Assembly (NCBI GenBank): GCA_002269645.1
Contig: NIVC01003475.1
Location: 1 to 40,882 of the forward strand
Length of the DNA: 40,882 nt
DNA from: Macrostomum lignano
Lineage: Eukaryota
Reading direction: 5' to 3'
Of this stretch, positions 22,159 to 33,816 are shown piece by piece (positions within the stretch are counted from its first letter, which is position 1; each line of letters begins with the position of its first letter). Position numbers and translations under genes: made by a program. Below the pieces are notes generated by a model, which made no database searches, was not told where the DNA came from, and worked only from the letters and a program-made list of their open reading frames with translations.

Positions 22159-22644
22159 GGGGGGGGGGCGTGGACGAAGAGTGGGGGAATTATTTTGATT
22201 CGCATCGTTTAGAAATATACTGAAAATGCGTTTTTGGACAAGTTGGTCAGTTGATCGGACTTGGAATCTTTTCTTCTTTTGAATTATTTGTGGGTACCGT
22301 GCAGTGTAGTTGAAATTCCTGTAGTATACTCTACCATTTGGTTCGGTTCCTTACTACTTGATTTTTAATAGAAAAATATAGTATGTGCGTAATAAAATTT
22401 CTGACGGGTACCTTATTACGTGTTTTGCAATTGAAAAATGGGGTATGGACGTAATTTTCTATTACTGTTGATTATAACAGCGAAGGTGTGAAAGAGGAAG
22501 GATGGAGGGAGACTGCTGGGTGTGTTTAAATGTCACTGTGGCTGTAGATTTCAGATTTTAACTAAATGTGACAAAATCGGAGAATGGCAAGCAAGCTATC
22601 CAGTGGATGCAAAGCAGTCCTGCCCATTCCACTGGTCCCTGAGC

Positions 22645-23354
22645 CAAGGACTGCTCAAGTAGAAGCACGGAAACAGCGTTTCTTAGATAATGTTTATGAG
22701 GCTGGTTTTCGCAGAAAAATACACTACGGAGATTGGAAATTTTCATTTTTCAGCACAAAAAGTGTTATTACTTTCGATAGGAAGCAGACCCAGTGTTCAT
22801 CTTTTAATATGTTGTGCCTTTTATATAGCTCTATTGATATTCATAAAGCTTTTCGTTCAGAAAATTGGGATTCTTTGTTAATTTTTTATTCTACGTACAA
22901 TTATTGTAACATACTCTGTGCCTAAAAACCTTTAAAATGGCAAGGCACGGCTCATGGGTTTTACTAATCTAATTTGTCATTTTTAGCTGGCTGTGCAACA
23001 ATATTTGTAACAGAGTTGATAAAACAGATTCATAAAACCAAAGAGTCGAGCTGTGCCATGCACTTTTATGATTTTTAGCCACAGAAAATGTACGTAGAAT
23101 AAAAAATTAAGATAGAATTCTAATTTTCTAAACGAAAAGCTTAATGAATATCAGTAGAGGATAAAAAAGGCAATGAGAAAGACACAGCATATCAAAATAT
23201 GAACATTGGGTCTGCCTCCTATCGAAAGCAATAACAATTTTTGTGCTGAAAAATAAAAACTTCCTATCTCCGTAGTGTATTTTCAGAGAAAATCAGTCTC
23301 ATAAACATTTTCTAAGAAACGCAGCTTCTTGTCCTTCTACTTGAGCAGTCCTTG
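22645..23354. mobile_element. Non-autonomous TIR element (P-like MITE) with long imperfect TIRs and perfect 8-bp TSD CCCTGAGC
   Basis: Begins CAAGGACTGCTCAAGTAGAAG and ends CTTCTACTTGAGCAGTCCTTG. Inverted similarity extends roughly 200 bp. CCCTGAGC lies at 22637-22644 and 23355-23362. Superfamily (P vs hAT) is inferred only from the CA terminus and 8-bp TSD. Confidence 0.9.
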
Positions 23355-24126
23355 CCCTGAGCATGAGCATGCACACGCTCACACATGACTTTCCAATCAT
23401 CAGGCATGTACAGGCGCTGTTGTACGCCATGTAATGGTCCTTGAAAATCGAAAGTCAACTAGAACTAATCTCGATTAAATTTTAAATCAATTCGGTATTA
23501 CAGGCGCGCAGTTTTAGGCAGACGTGCAGCAAAGCCTGTCAGAAAGGTATTATTCAATGTTTACTTTTCAAGTGCTTAGGGTGCAAATAAAGTTAGTCGA
23601 ATTAAATGAAGATAAGACTGGCGGCCTGTTAAACTCTGAATTTCGGTGCAGCACGTTAAGCACTGGATGGATGGACGAATTGTCTTTCCACCGGTACTTT
23701 CTAACCCCGCAACCCGCAGACTCACGTGACCCAGTCCTGCTCTCTTTGATAATGCTTCTGAGACTCCAACTAAACCCTTTCTGTACACGGAGCGAAGCTT
23801 AAATAACGTACTCAACTCTCAAATTATTTGAGTACTGCTCGAGTCCTATTGCAATAAGAAATTGGCACTGCGGTTGGCTGCCACCAGTGATACCAATACC
23901 TAGGAGGGTTGGGCGCAGCACCGACCCCGAAAATGCCGCCCGCCCCCAAACACGCAGCCGTCATTCGACCTTTACATACTTTCAGAGACTGGAGAGAAGA
24001 AGTTATATAATACCTTCGTCTATTGCTCTATTACCACTTAGTCAAAGGTGTAGAATCAGAAGGAACGACCCATTGTCGCGACTATAAACTAACAATCAAT
24101 CGCAATTCTCTAACCAGACTCCGAAA

Positions 24127-24816
24127 ATGTTCTTCGAAAAGAAAGACGGCATCGTCTACAAGACGGTGACGGGCAACGATTATTGCCAGGTTGCTCGCCT
24201 CCTGTGCGACAGTTTCTATTCGGCCACTCCTCTCAGTTGGCCGCTGGGTGGGCCGCTGGCTCCGGCCGAGGTTGAGACCGTCTTCCCCCAGCTCAGCGTT
24301 ATCATCTCGCATCGGGTGTCGATTTTGGCCTTCGACGCTGACACGAAAGAAATTGTCGGCGTCCGGCTGTCTGTCCTGTCGGATAGAGAGTCGCGATGCT
24401 CGCCATCGGATCCGCTGTTGGACAGCGCGGAGCTGGCGGCTCGCTACCCGAAGCATAGCCGACTGGTTCAACTGGAGCAACACCTGGACATTCAAGCAGA
24501 TTGCCTGGCCAGGTACCGAGTCAGCCGGGCAATGATCGGCAGGTTCCTAGCCGTGAAAGAGTCGCACGCGAATCGCGGCATCGGCGGCCGACTCGTCGAG
24601 AGCAGCGTTCGTCTGGCTAAAGTGCTCCGAATCCCGCTGGTGATTGGCACGTCGCACAATGTCTATTCGCATCGGATTTATCGATCGCTTGGCTTCGATT
24701 GCATCTATTCGGTTCAGTTCCGCGACTACACAGACGAATTGGACGGCGAGAAACCGTTTGCGGCTCTGGAGGATACTGAGCACTCCGAGGCGGCTGTGTT
24801 TGCCTATCGACTGTAG
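24127..24816 (+). CDS. GNAT-family acetyltransferase, arylalkylamine/dopamine N-acetyltransferase-like, single exon, 229 aa
   Basis: Acetyl-CoA-binding motif A is LAVKESHANRGIGGRLV, followed by TSHNVYSHRIYRSLGF. N-terminal LLCDSFYSATPL and the AFDADTKEIVGV strand fit insect-type AANAT/NAT folds. Codon usage is GC3-rich. Confidence 0.85.
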   Translation: MFFEKKDGIVYKTVTGNDYCQVARLLCDSFYSATPLSWPLGGPLAPAEVETVFPQLSVIISHRVSILAFDADTKEIVGVRLSVLSDRESRCSPSDPLLDSAELAARYPKHSRLVQLEQHLDIQADCLARYRVSRAMIGRFLAVKESHANRGIGGRLVESSVRLAKVLRIPLVIGTSHNVYSHRIYRSLGFDCIYSVQFRDYTDELDGEKPFAALEDTEHSEAAVFAYRL

Positions 24817-26688
24817 CTAATCTCGCTAGACACGGCGGCGAACGAATTGCCCATCTTCCCACAAAAACTGCGCCCCTCCAAAAACCAAAACGACAGAGCC
24901 CAACAAACTACCTGCGCCCCCATATCTACCTTGATATGCATAGAAATTGCGTAACTCAATGTCTTTCCATCATATGCTGAATTAAATTTCATTTCAGCCA
25001 AAACTCGACTTCATGCATTCATCTTATTATCGACGAAGATTTCTATTGGATGTTGCTAATGAGACTAATGACAATGCGTTAACTTTTAACGGATTGCATA
25101 AAGAGTTTAAACTATCTGTGATGCCTATTTTGCCATTTAGGTTCAGCAGTAATGAATTGATGAAGTATAGCAAATTTCTCATTTCTCGAAGACGCCATGC
25201 TCAGAGCTGGGGGAACACTGAACCGTTCATTTCTTAATATGTCTATTGTTATCGCACCTTTCCTGCACCCTCCTAAATTGTGAAGGCACAATAGCTCCGA
25301 AGACCCTTCGCTCTATCGGACTAACTAGAATTGAATGTTCATTTCAATTCATTTTAGTGACCATGCACTGCGCACTTCGCCCACCCTGCAACTACAGTTT
25401 CAGTTGAACAAATATGCGCCAACTTCGTCATCTTTCGCAGAATAAATCTTCTAACTAAACTAACTTGGCAGAGATATTTTTTATAAATAGACTGCTTTTC
25501 AGAATGCAATATTTAACTGAAGCATATCATAAGGTACGTGTATGCGCATGATATAAAAATACCATGAAATGCAGTCACCCTTCAAAGCTTCTTGCTATCT
25601 GGTCAGTGAACAAATATATAATAATTATACAGCCATCTTTGAAATCGTATGCATAAGCTTTCATTAGATTATTTTTATTGGTGTCTTTTCATAATCTTAA
25701 GCATCGAATTTATGTGTAACTTAGTATAACCCACTCATTTCGAAAACTCATTTTGTTAACAGGACATTGCCCAAGAACTGCCACTGAGGTACTCGTGGAG
25801 TGGAGCGCCGTGGATTGATATTTAAGCATCCTTGAAAGAGAATCTGGTGCCAATGGAGTCATCGTGTTGCCACCGAATTGGCCCCAGGTGACAAACTCAT
25901 GTCAAGTGCCCCAAAGCCGTTCGAGAAGGTACGTGCTGCTCCAGATGGCCAGCGATGTCGGACCCTGGCCGGAGACTCACAGCAGGCAGTTAGTTCACCT
26001 GTAGAGGCATGGCCGCAGTAGCCAGTTGAAGTCGCCGCCCTCTAAATGCATGGCTATATCTTTCGAGCTATTATAGTCATTCTCCTAGTCTCATTTTGGT
26101 CTCAAGGCGCACCTTACTGTCGGTAGATATCGTTTTGTTTCGTGTACATTAACCTAAGCGTGATTAATTCCAATTGATTACCAATTTCAATACATTGATG
26201 TATACTTACTGGCAAAGGTAAACAGAACCGATGTGGTAGCTCTGCAAAAAACCCATCATGTGCTTCTTTCACTCACGGGAATGAAGCTAGCTATGCTGGC
26301 ATCCGAGTGTATATATAGCTATACACTGTAGGCGTGTTAAACTGTGTTTGATGGTCTTCTTGCAGGGAACAACAACTGTCAAAATGCAAACGTCTCTTGG
26401 AGTTTAAAAGAGAAATTTCTAAAATAGCAGCACTGCAGTCAATAGCTCGTATAGCTAGCTGGGTCAAATTCCTACCAACAGCTGACGGGAAAACGTTTGT
26501 AGCTAAACTTGCTTCGGGTAAACATGCACGAATATAAGGCTGATAGTGATAGCTTACTCGTTATTTGTAAATATCACGGGGCTTATAATCTCCTTAAATC
26601 ATAAGTAGATATTGTTGAAGTGTCTGGCAATTTTACATGTTCTTAAACTGGATTTGAACTGACGTACATGTATATATAGATATGCATA

Positions 26689-27006
26689 GACTGCTGCTGC
26701 TGGTCATGCCCACAATGCCGGAAACAGGCCTCTAATCCGAAAGGGCTCCTTCTTTGAGGCCAGTCATCTGCCCTTGACGCAGATAGCTAGTGGACCTCAG
26801 CTACTGGAGTGCAGGCCTAACAACCCGGATGTCCATACTAACACAATAGAGGGCACATTGCCCACCACGAGGGCCATGCATGGCACATTGGCACATCCAA
26901 GGCTCTGTTCAACACCCACCTGGACGAGTTCCTGTGGCGCCGTTGCCACCCACGCAACACCTTCGGCAACATCCTTTTCTGGGTGGCGCATTACTACGAC
27001 GTCTGA
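26689..27006 (+). pseudogene. Merlin/ISXO2 (IS1595-like) transposase remnant, internally deleted and frameshifted
   Basis: N-terminal piece WSCPQCRKQAS/IRKGSFFEASHLPLTQI is fused to the C-terminal piece VHTNTIEGT.../HIGTSKALFNTHLDEFLWRRCHPRNTFGNILFWVAHYYDV*. The catalytic core is absent. Confidence 0.8.
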
Positions 27007-27311
27007 AACTCTCCATTTAGTAGTTTAATAACAACGTCTCCGTTGGCGTTGCTCCGTTGTTAAAACTTCGTTACAATTTCGTAAAATAATCATAGCGCTA
27101 TACTAGCGGTAGGTAGTCATAGCGTCATGGTCTATATTTTAATTCATACGCAATTATTCGCCCTAAGGGCTAAGGCCAAAGCCTGCTCGCCCTACCTACC
27201 ATTGGCCATTCAAACTGAAGGAATTGCCGAAATATAGCAGACGAAGATCATGGAATAAAACACTTCATTGTTAACTGTTTATATTTTCCAAATGTCGCTC
27301 CAATTGATAAC

Positions 27312-27383
27312 TCCTCGATAGTATAGTGGTCAGTATCTCCGCCTGTCACGTGGAAGGCCCGGGTTCGATTCCCGGTCGGGGAG
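27312..27383 (+). tRNA. trnD-GTC: tRNA-Asp (anticodon GTC)
   Basis: 72-nt cloverleaf TCCTCGATAGTATAGTGG...CTGTCAC...GGTTCGATTCCCGGTCGGGGAG. All stems pair, and a T6 Pol III terminator follows at about 27386-27391. Confidence 0.97.
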
Positions 27384-28604
27384 AATTTTTTGCGTAATTT
27401 AAACTAAAACGTTTTATCAATCATGTCAGTTTTCGCACTTCTCCGTATTTATTCACAAGCAGTGTATCTTTTGCTTATTGCTGATTTCAATGTCAAAACA
27501 TAATGACCCCTAAAATACTATTTCCACAATTTCAAAAATAATAAAGTATTTTGACTTAGGTTTTGTTATCATTGAGCATTTGAACTGAGCCTAAATTCGA
27601 TTAAACAATCGAATGTGGAATTTGTGAAATTTAAAACAAGACATTTATTAGATAACGAATCATAGCAAACTTAGTGTTTTTTTAAATTGTTTTATTCTCA
27701 TTCCGAGTCAGTTATCCAAATAAAATTATACCTGCACATAGCCGATATGTATCGAAAAACATCTAAAGGCACTTAAATAATTAACAATAAATGTAGGTCA
27801 GGCTATTAAAAAACTTTTAATAAATTTCTGTCAACTGCTGAAATTTTTGGACGTCGTCAAAAATCAGAAAAAAGATTTTATTGCAACTATTTGTTCTTTC
27901 TTATCTTTGACTTCTTTATTCTGAGCAATCAAAATATTCTACTTGTTAGTAGAACCTACAAAAATTTATTAAAAGGTTTCTTCCACGCTGTAAAAAACAA
28001 TAAACCTTTTTTTGAGTACGCTTTGGATTTTCATTGCTATGTAAAATCAATCGTATTCGTATGTGACTTAATTGTAGTCTCATTAGACATGCACATTTAT
28101 ACATGAATGCCCATGTAGCTCGTACTTGAGAGAAGTACTCCCCGTCTAAAGAAAAAATGTTAATAATTACAAGGTTTCCTTTGTTATAGCTATGTCTCAT
28201 TTTTAGTCAGCGTAGATGCCTCGCTGTTTAAAAAGAAAGAAACTCGACGAATTTTTTAAAATATTTATTTGATTTTGCACGTAGACACCACGTGTGTCGC
28301 TCGTATATTTCAAAACAATAGATACGATATGCCACAAGGCTTGAAAGAGCAAACATATAATAAACCTTTCTGTCAAGTCGAAGATCAGCCACCCAGATCA
28401 GTTACCAAGACCTGCGGAGAGACATCGACGTGCGATGGAACAGGTTGCAAGTGAAACGTATTTTAACGATACGTAGATTATATATATGAATAATTTAGAA
28501 ACTGCATTCTCAATCTAAACTAGGTCTACCGTATTTTCAAACTACAGTATGCCACTGACATACGCCTCTAATTTCTTCCCATACTTACGAGGTAGAACTC
28601 CCAC

Positions 28605-29345
28605 CAATCCGTCGATTTTGCAACTCCCTCCAGTCTGTCGGTTCTGCCACTCCCTCCGATCCAACGGTTCTGCAACTCCCTCCCTGCATCCATCGGTTCT
28701 GCCACTCCCTCCGATCCAACGGTTCTGCAACTCCCTCCCTGCATCCATCGGTTCTGCCACTCCCTCCGATCCAACGGTTCTGCAACTCCCTCCCTGCATC
28801 CATCGGTTCTGCCACTCCCTCCGATCCAACCGTTCTGCAACTCCCTCCCTGCATCCATCGGTTCTGCCACTCCCTCCGATCCAACGGTTCTGCAACTCCC
28901 TCCCTGCATCCATCGGTTCTGCCACTCCCTCCGATCCATCGGTTCTGCAACTCCCTCCCTGCATCCATCGGTTCTGCAACTCCCTCAATTCTTCGAACCT
29001 GCAACTCCGTTAAATCCTTCAGTCCTGCAACTTCCTCCAATCCTTCTGTTCTGCAACTCCCTCAAATCCTTCAGCCTTGCAACTCTCTCCAATCCTTTGG
29101 TTCTGCAACTCACTCCTTTGGTTCTGCAACTCCCTCCTTTGTTCTGCAACTCCCTCCTTTGGTTCTGCAACTCCCTCCTTTGGTTCTGCAACTCCCTCCT
29201 TTGGTTCTGCAACTCCCTCCTTTGGTTCTGCAACTCCCTCCTTTGGTTCTGCAACTCCCTCCTTTGGTTCTGCAACTCCCTCCTTTGGTTCTGCAACTCC
29301 CTCCTTTGGTTCTGCAACTCCCTCCTTTGGTTCTGCAACTCACTC
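28605..29345. repeat. Compound minisatellite in lipase intron: 55-bp (26+29) dimer grading into 21-bp GGTTCTGCAACTCCCTCCTTT
   Basis: Shared core GGTTCTGC(A/C)ACTCCCTCC; the 55-aa periodicity of the spurious ORFs confirms the 55-bp unit. Confidence 0.95.
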
Positions 29346-29448
29346 CAATCATCCATCCCTGCTCCTGCCCTTCCCTTCAAACAATCATTCGATCCTCCAA
29401 ATCCAACTTCCAATTCGAAATGCAAAGGCAAAAATGAACGTCACTCAC

Positions 29449-30901
29449 TCTCGAATGGCTCGTGGCCGGCAGTGTCCAAGTACATTTTCACGTTCACCCG
29501 GCCGTTGGGCTTCCACTCTCCAGCACGCATGCCCATGCTGGCGCAGCCAATCGTGCCGCACGACCTGCACTTTCCGGCTTTAAAGTCCTCGTAGCTAGCA
29601 CAGGGGTAGGCCTGAAACGACCCAATAGAGACGTAATATCATGATAAATCTCATTCTGATTGTGTCAAGAGAGTACAAAAATCCAATATGCTTCAGCATA
29701 TTCACCAGATAGTTTCCTCGCCGGTTGGCAATGGTGCTGGTCATTACAGGCAAAACGCGGTTATGACTGCAGGTCATGCGCCAGATTGTGCCGCTAATGA
29801 TGCCCCCGACACTTCCGCTGGGCGGATCGTTGCAGTCTGGCTGCGATGTGCCACCGTTCGGGTAGAAGTCCACGTGGCCCACCGGTTGCATCAGACCGAA
29901 TCCGCCCTCCAACTTGATGATGCTCAACGTGCTGTCTCCGTCGGTGTGGATTGCGTCAACGAACCGAGCATCGGTGGGATCGAGTCGAACCTCCGGATGG
30001 GTGTTCTCGAAGTAGGGTCCGGCCGGATCCAATCCGGAGATGCGGCCCAGCTTCTTGCTTCCAGTGCTCAACCGTTCGCCTGCGTAGCCGGACACGTGAG
30101 CACCCAGGCTGTGGCCGATGAGGTGGAAGTTCTCTCGATTGACGCCAAAGTTCGACTCCAGCCAAACGATGAACTGGGCGATGAGGGCGCCGATGACGCG
30201 GGTGTTCGCCGTGGCCTGCAGTTCGGTTTCAGTTTGGTTGGTGCTCAAAAAGTTTAGAAGAGTTTCCAAAGATTTTGGGTTGATTATCATCTTAGGATGT
30301 ATTTTTTCAATTCTACCCATAAGTAGTTGATACTTTGAGGCTAAAACTTGAGACTGTCAAAGTTTTATCAAAGTTTCACAGTGTTGGTTGAGGCAATAAG
30401 TGAAGTTGTTTAGGGCACTCCAAGAATTTGGCTGGGTTCTCCACAAATTTTAAATCCTTTCAGCCAACTCACCTGACCGTAAGGAAAGCCGTTGCCTCGA
30501 CTCCAGTCCAGCTGGATCACATTGTGGTCGCCTTCATTGAGCAGGGCAACCTTCATCGCCTTGTTCCAGTCGGAGTCACCACTGTCGGTAAAGCCGTGAA
30601 TGATGATCTTAGTTTGTGATCGAGACCTGAAGTTGGACCTGCTCACGCTGTCCTTGTTGTTGTAGACCAGGTTCTGGGCAGTGTTGACATTGCGCCTGGT
30701 GTACAGGGCGAAGGTCGGTCGGATTCTGTCGGGATCCTGCGGCACCTGCAGCACCGGTCGCCTGATGATGTCGTAGAAGTTGCCTCTGTTGCTGAAGCAG
30801 CCCAGTCCATCGTAGCAGACTTCTCTGAAGGCGGTCTCTCCGTTAGAGTAGATTGAGGAGCCACAGAGGCCCAGAAGCAGCAGCAGAATGCTCTGTCGCA
30901 T
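29449..30901 (-). CDS. Pancreatic lipase-related secreted triacylglycerol lipase; exons 30473-30901, 29706-30215, 29449-29611, probable next exon starting at 28145; 3' end unresolved
   Basis: Signal peptide MRQSILLLLLGLC; motifs IIIHGF, GHSLG (Ser), LDPAGP (Asp), VDAIHTD, GHVDFYPNGG, lid C..C, CSH (His) and AYPCASY. All GT-AG junctions are phase-consistent. Confidence 0.93.
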
Positions 30902-31493
30902 CTTGACTACCAATAAACGGTGCGTGTCTCAATCGAGTGCTTAAATCGGTAACTTAAACTGCAAAGGTAGTTTTATTGAAGAGTTCCAGTCAAGTTTAAA
31001 TAAGTAAATATTTGTCGTAAATTGGTAACACATTTCAACTTCACACGATTTTTTTTGTCATTGATATGATATGGGAGAAAAATACGCCAAAATGGGTACG
31101 CAAAACATATCTCACTCGTAGAGTGCCTCAGTTCTCAGCACAGACCTACCTTTGTACTCGTATTTGGAAATCAATAGCCAATTAATTAAGATGAAGTCAT
31201 TCCAGCAAAGCGCAAAAAAAATCCCGACAATCGCGTGAACTTCAATTGCTTTGGTTGAGTCCGGTGCATGGGAGTTGCGCAGATGCTTCACCGACTTTCT
31301 ATACACAGGTATAGAAACTTGTATGCGTGCATGGTTTTGTTGTTTTGAAATTCATTAACTATAAGCGCACCTGTTTCATTCTTTTCTTTCAAAACAATTC
31401 AAAATGTAATTAAGTTAATGCTTCAGAAATACGGTTAGCTTTGCGACTGAAGTTTCAACTTAGGATTGCAGCTTTCAAGAAGTTGGCTACTTG

Positions 31494-32125
31494 GTTTAGT
31501 TCGTCACTTGCAGGTTTAGTTCGTCACTTGCAGGTTTAGTTCGTCACTTGCAGGTTTAGTTCGTCACTTGCAGGTTTAGTTCGTCACTTGCAGGTATAGT
31601 TCGTCACTTGCAGGTTTAGTTCGTCACTTGCAGGTTTAGTTCGTCACTTGCAGGTTTAGTTCGTCACTTGCAGGTTTAGTTCGTCACTTGCAGGTTTAGT
31701 TCGTCACTTGCAGGTTTAGTTCGTCACTTGCAGGTATAGTTCGTCACTTGCAGGTTTAGTTCGTTACTTGCAGGTTTAGTTCGTCACTTGCAGGTTTAGT
31801 TCGTCACTTGCAGGTTTAGTTCGTCACTTGCAGGTTTAGTTCGTCACTTGCAGGTTTAGTTCGTTACTTGCAGGTTTAGTTCGTCACTTGCAGGTTTAGT
31901 TCGTCACTTGCAGGTTTAGTTCGTCACTTGCAGGTTTAGTTCGTCACTTGCAGGTCTAGTTCGTCACTTGCAGGTCTACTTCGTCACTTGCAGGTTTAGT
32001 TCGTCACTTGCAGGTTTAGTTCGTCACTTGCAGGTCTAGTTCGTCACTTGCAGGTCTAGTTCGTCACTTGCAGGTCTAGTTCGTCACTTGCAGGTCTAGT
32101 TCGTCACTTGCAGGCTTAGTTCGTC
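31494..32125. repeat. 20-bp minisatellite (GTTTAGTTCGTCACTTGCAG)
   Basis: About 31 nearly perfect units. Confidence 0.98.
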
Positions 32126-33504
32126 TGCAAGTTTAGTTTGCTTCTTTCATTTTTAGTTCTCTAGAAGAACCTTATTTAATTCCATAATATTTAGGGACTG
32201 TTTTAGGGACTATTACATGTAAAAATAGAATTTAGGTTAGGAAATTAGGAAATTGCTGTGCTATCAGTGCTATCAGTGGATTGAGTGTAGACTGTTGTGG
32301 ACCAGCTGCGCTCTTTCAAAAAGCCACAATTGCTTGATTTAATTATGTGGGGCGGGGATTTAATTACATCCAATATTAAGATATTTCAGATGCGCACGAG
32401 CAGGAAGGTCCGAGGGAATCGGCCAGAATTGCGAGTCTGGGACCGGCGCATGCACTGCCCAGCGGTGAAAACCTTTTGAAGGGGTGACGTGGGGGGGGGA
32501 ATAATGTTAAAGGATCTTCGACCTAACTAGGCTAACTATGTGTAAGCTAGGATATAATAGTAAATTATTAGTAGCATTAAATTAGCATTAGTCATTAGTT
32601 AGACGATAGTGACTCAGACTTATCCTATACGCTTAATGCTTGCTTTAATATACTCATATCAGATATGTTAAGAAACCACTAAATATATATTTTAAGTTAC
32701 CGCATCATCGGATCGTCTATTCAAAATCCAATCCTTTAATGTGTTTGTCTTTATAAAGATGATGAGCAGCGGATGGGTGAGAGAGATAAAAATTATTAAT
32801 CATTTGTAGGTCGCCGACTAGAAACTTATAATCTTACGTCTTGTGGTCTCGGTCTCGCGAATAGAGGCTTCAATAGCTTCAAAATTAGATTGTTCTTTTG
32901 ATGTAGTTTCAGCTGCACAAAACATTTTTGTTTACATGTACTATACAAAAAATGTATATCGACGTACTGCAAGACTTAAAACGGCAACTTTCCTTTTTTG
33001 GATTCCAAATACAATAGCTAAAAAAGTTGAGAGCTTTACTGTAACTAAACATACGGGTGTTTTTAGCTAGAAAAATGCGTACACAATGGCCTGACACACG
33101 GAAAGACAAAATAACAAGATTTTCATAAAGACTTTTTTAGCGAAACAAAAAATCTGGTGAATATATGCTGTCGGTTTGAACAAAAAATTGCGCCAAATAG
33201 TTTTAATTTTGTTTGCATGGCACTGCAGCGCCTCTTGCGTCCGATTTATTTTGGACTTTTAACAGAAAATTAAGCATTTAAGTAGCCAGTGACGCTGATT
33301 GTGGAGAGCAGAAGATTTGGATGGCAAAAACAGGCCGCGATAGAAGCATTTGTGAAGTTAGTGCAATGCCACAGGAGTTGTTGTTAATTACTTAAAAGCA
33401 TGGAAATGAACAGCAGAATGTTCAATGCCTGACAGCAGGGCAACTCACAAGCAGTGCTCCTCATTAGCTATAGGATATTCACTGGCTGCACAATGCTCGC
33501 GGCG

Positions 33505-33816
33505 TCACTTCCCGTCCTTCGATTTGCCGTCCTTGCCTTCCTTTGCGGGCTTCGGCGACTTGGACTTTCCCGCGTCTTTTGCGCTCCGCTTCGGCCCGGG
33601 CTGCGGCTTGCCGCACTTGCAAGACTTGAAGGGTGACGCAAAGCAGTTCACGCAGTAATCGTCGTCGTTGATACCCGGCGCAACGTCCTTGCTGGCGTCA
33701 TTGAGAAAAATCTTGGGATCTAGCGACTGCTTTGGCACGTAGCCCGCCGACGTCTCCTTCTTGTCGTCGTCGTCGTCCATGAATTCATTCGGGAACTTCT
33801 TCTTGGAGCCGGCCAT
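33505..33816 (-). CDS. Hypothetical 103-aa protein (acidic N-terminus, CxxC-x6-CxC, Lys-rich tail)
   Basis: ATG-initiated, strongly GC3-biased island in AT-rich DNA, with natural low-complexity composition. No family recognised. Confidence 0.7.
   Translation of the reverse strand: MAGSKKKFPNEFMDDDDDKKETSAGYVPKQSLDPKIFLNDASKDVAPGINDDDYCVNCFASPFKSCKCGKPQPGPKRSAKDAGKSKSPKPAKEGKDGKSKDGK

Larger units (their letters stand above)
18361..22467. mobile_element. Foldback-type DNA element with about 730 bp terminal inverted repeats (18361-19093 and 21737-22467), non-autonomous
   Basis: The left end CACTAATAGAAAATTACGTCCATACCCC matches the reverse complement of the right end (CAGTAATAGAAAATTACG...). 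The near-identical arms are confirmed by mirrored ORFs in the ORF track. No DDE transposase is visible. Confidence 0.85.

Noticed and set aside
28542-29594. Multiple overlapping repeat ORFs on both strands
   Set aside because: Artefacts of the compound minisatellite inside a lipase intron.
31494-32125. Regular 20-bp array considered as CRISPR-like
   Set aside because: Head-to-tail units with no unique spacers, in a eukaryotic context with no cas genes. The same applies to all other arrays here.
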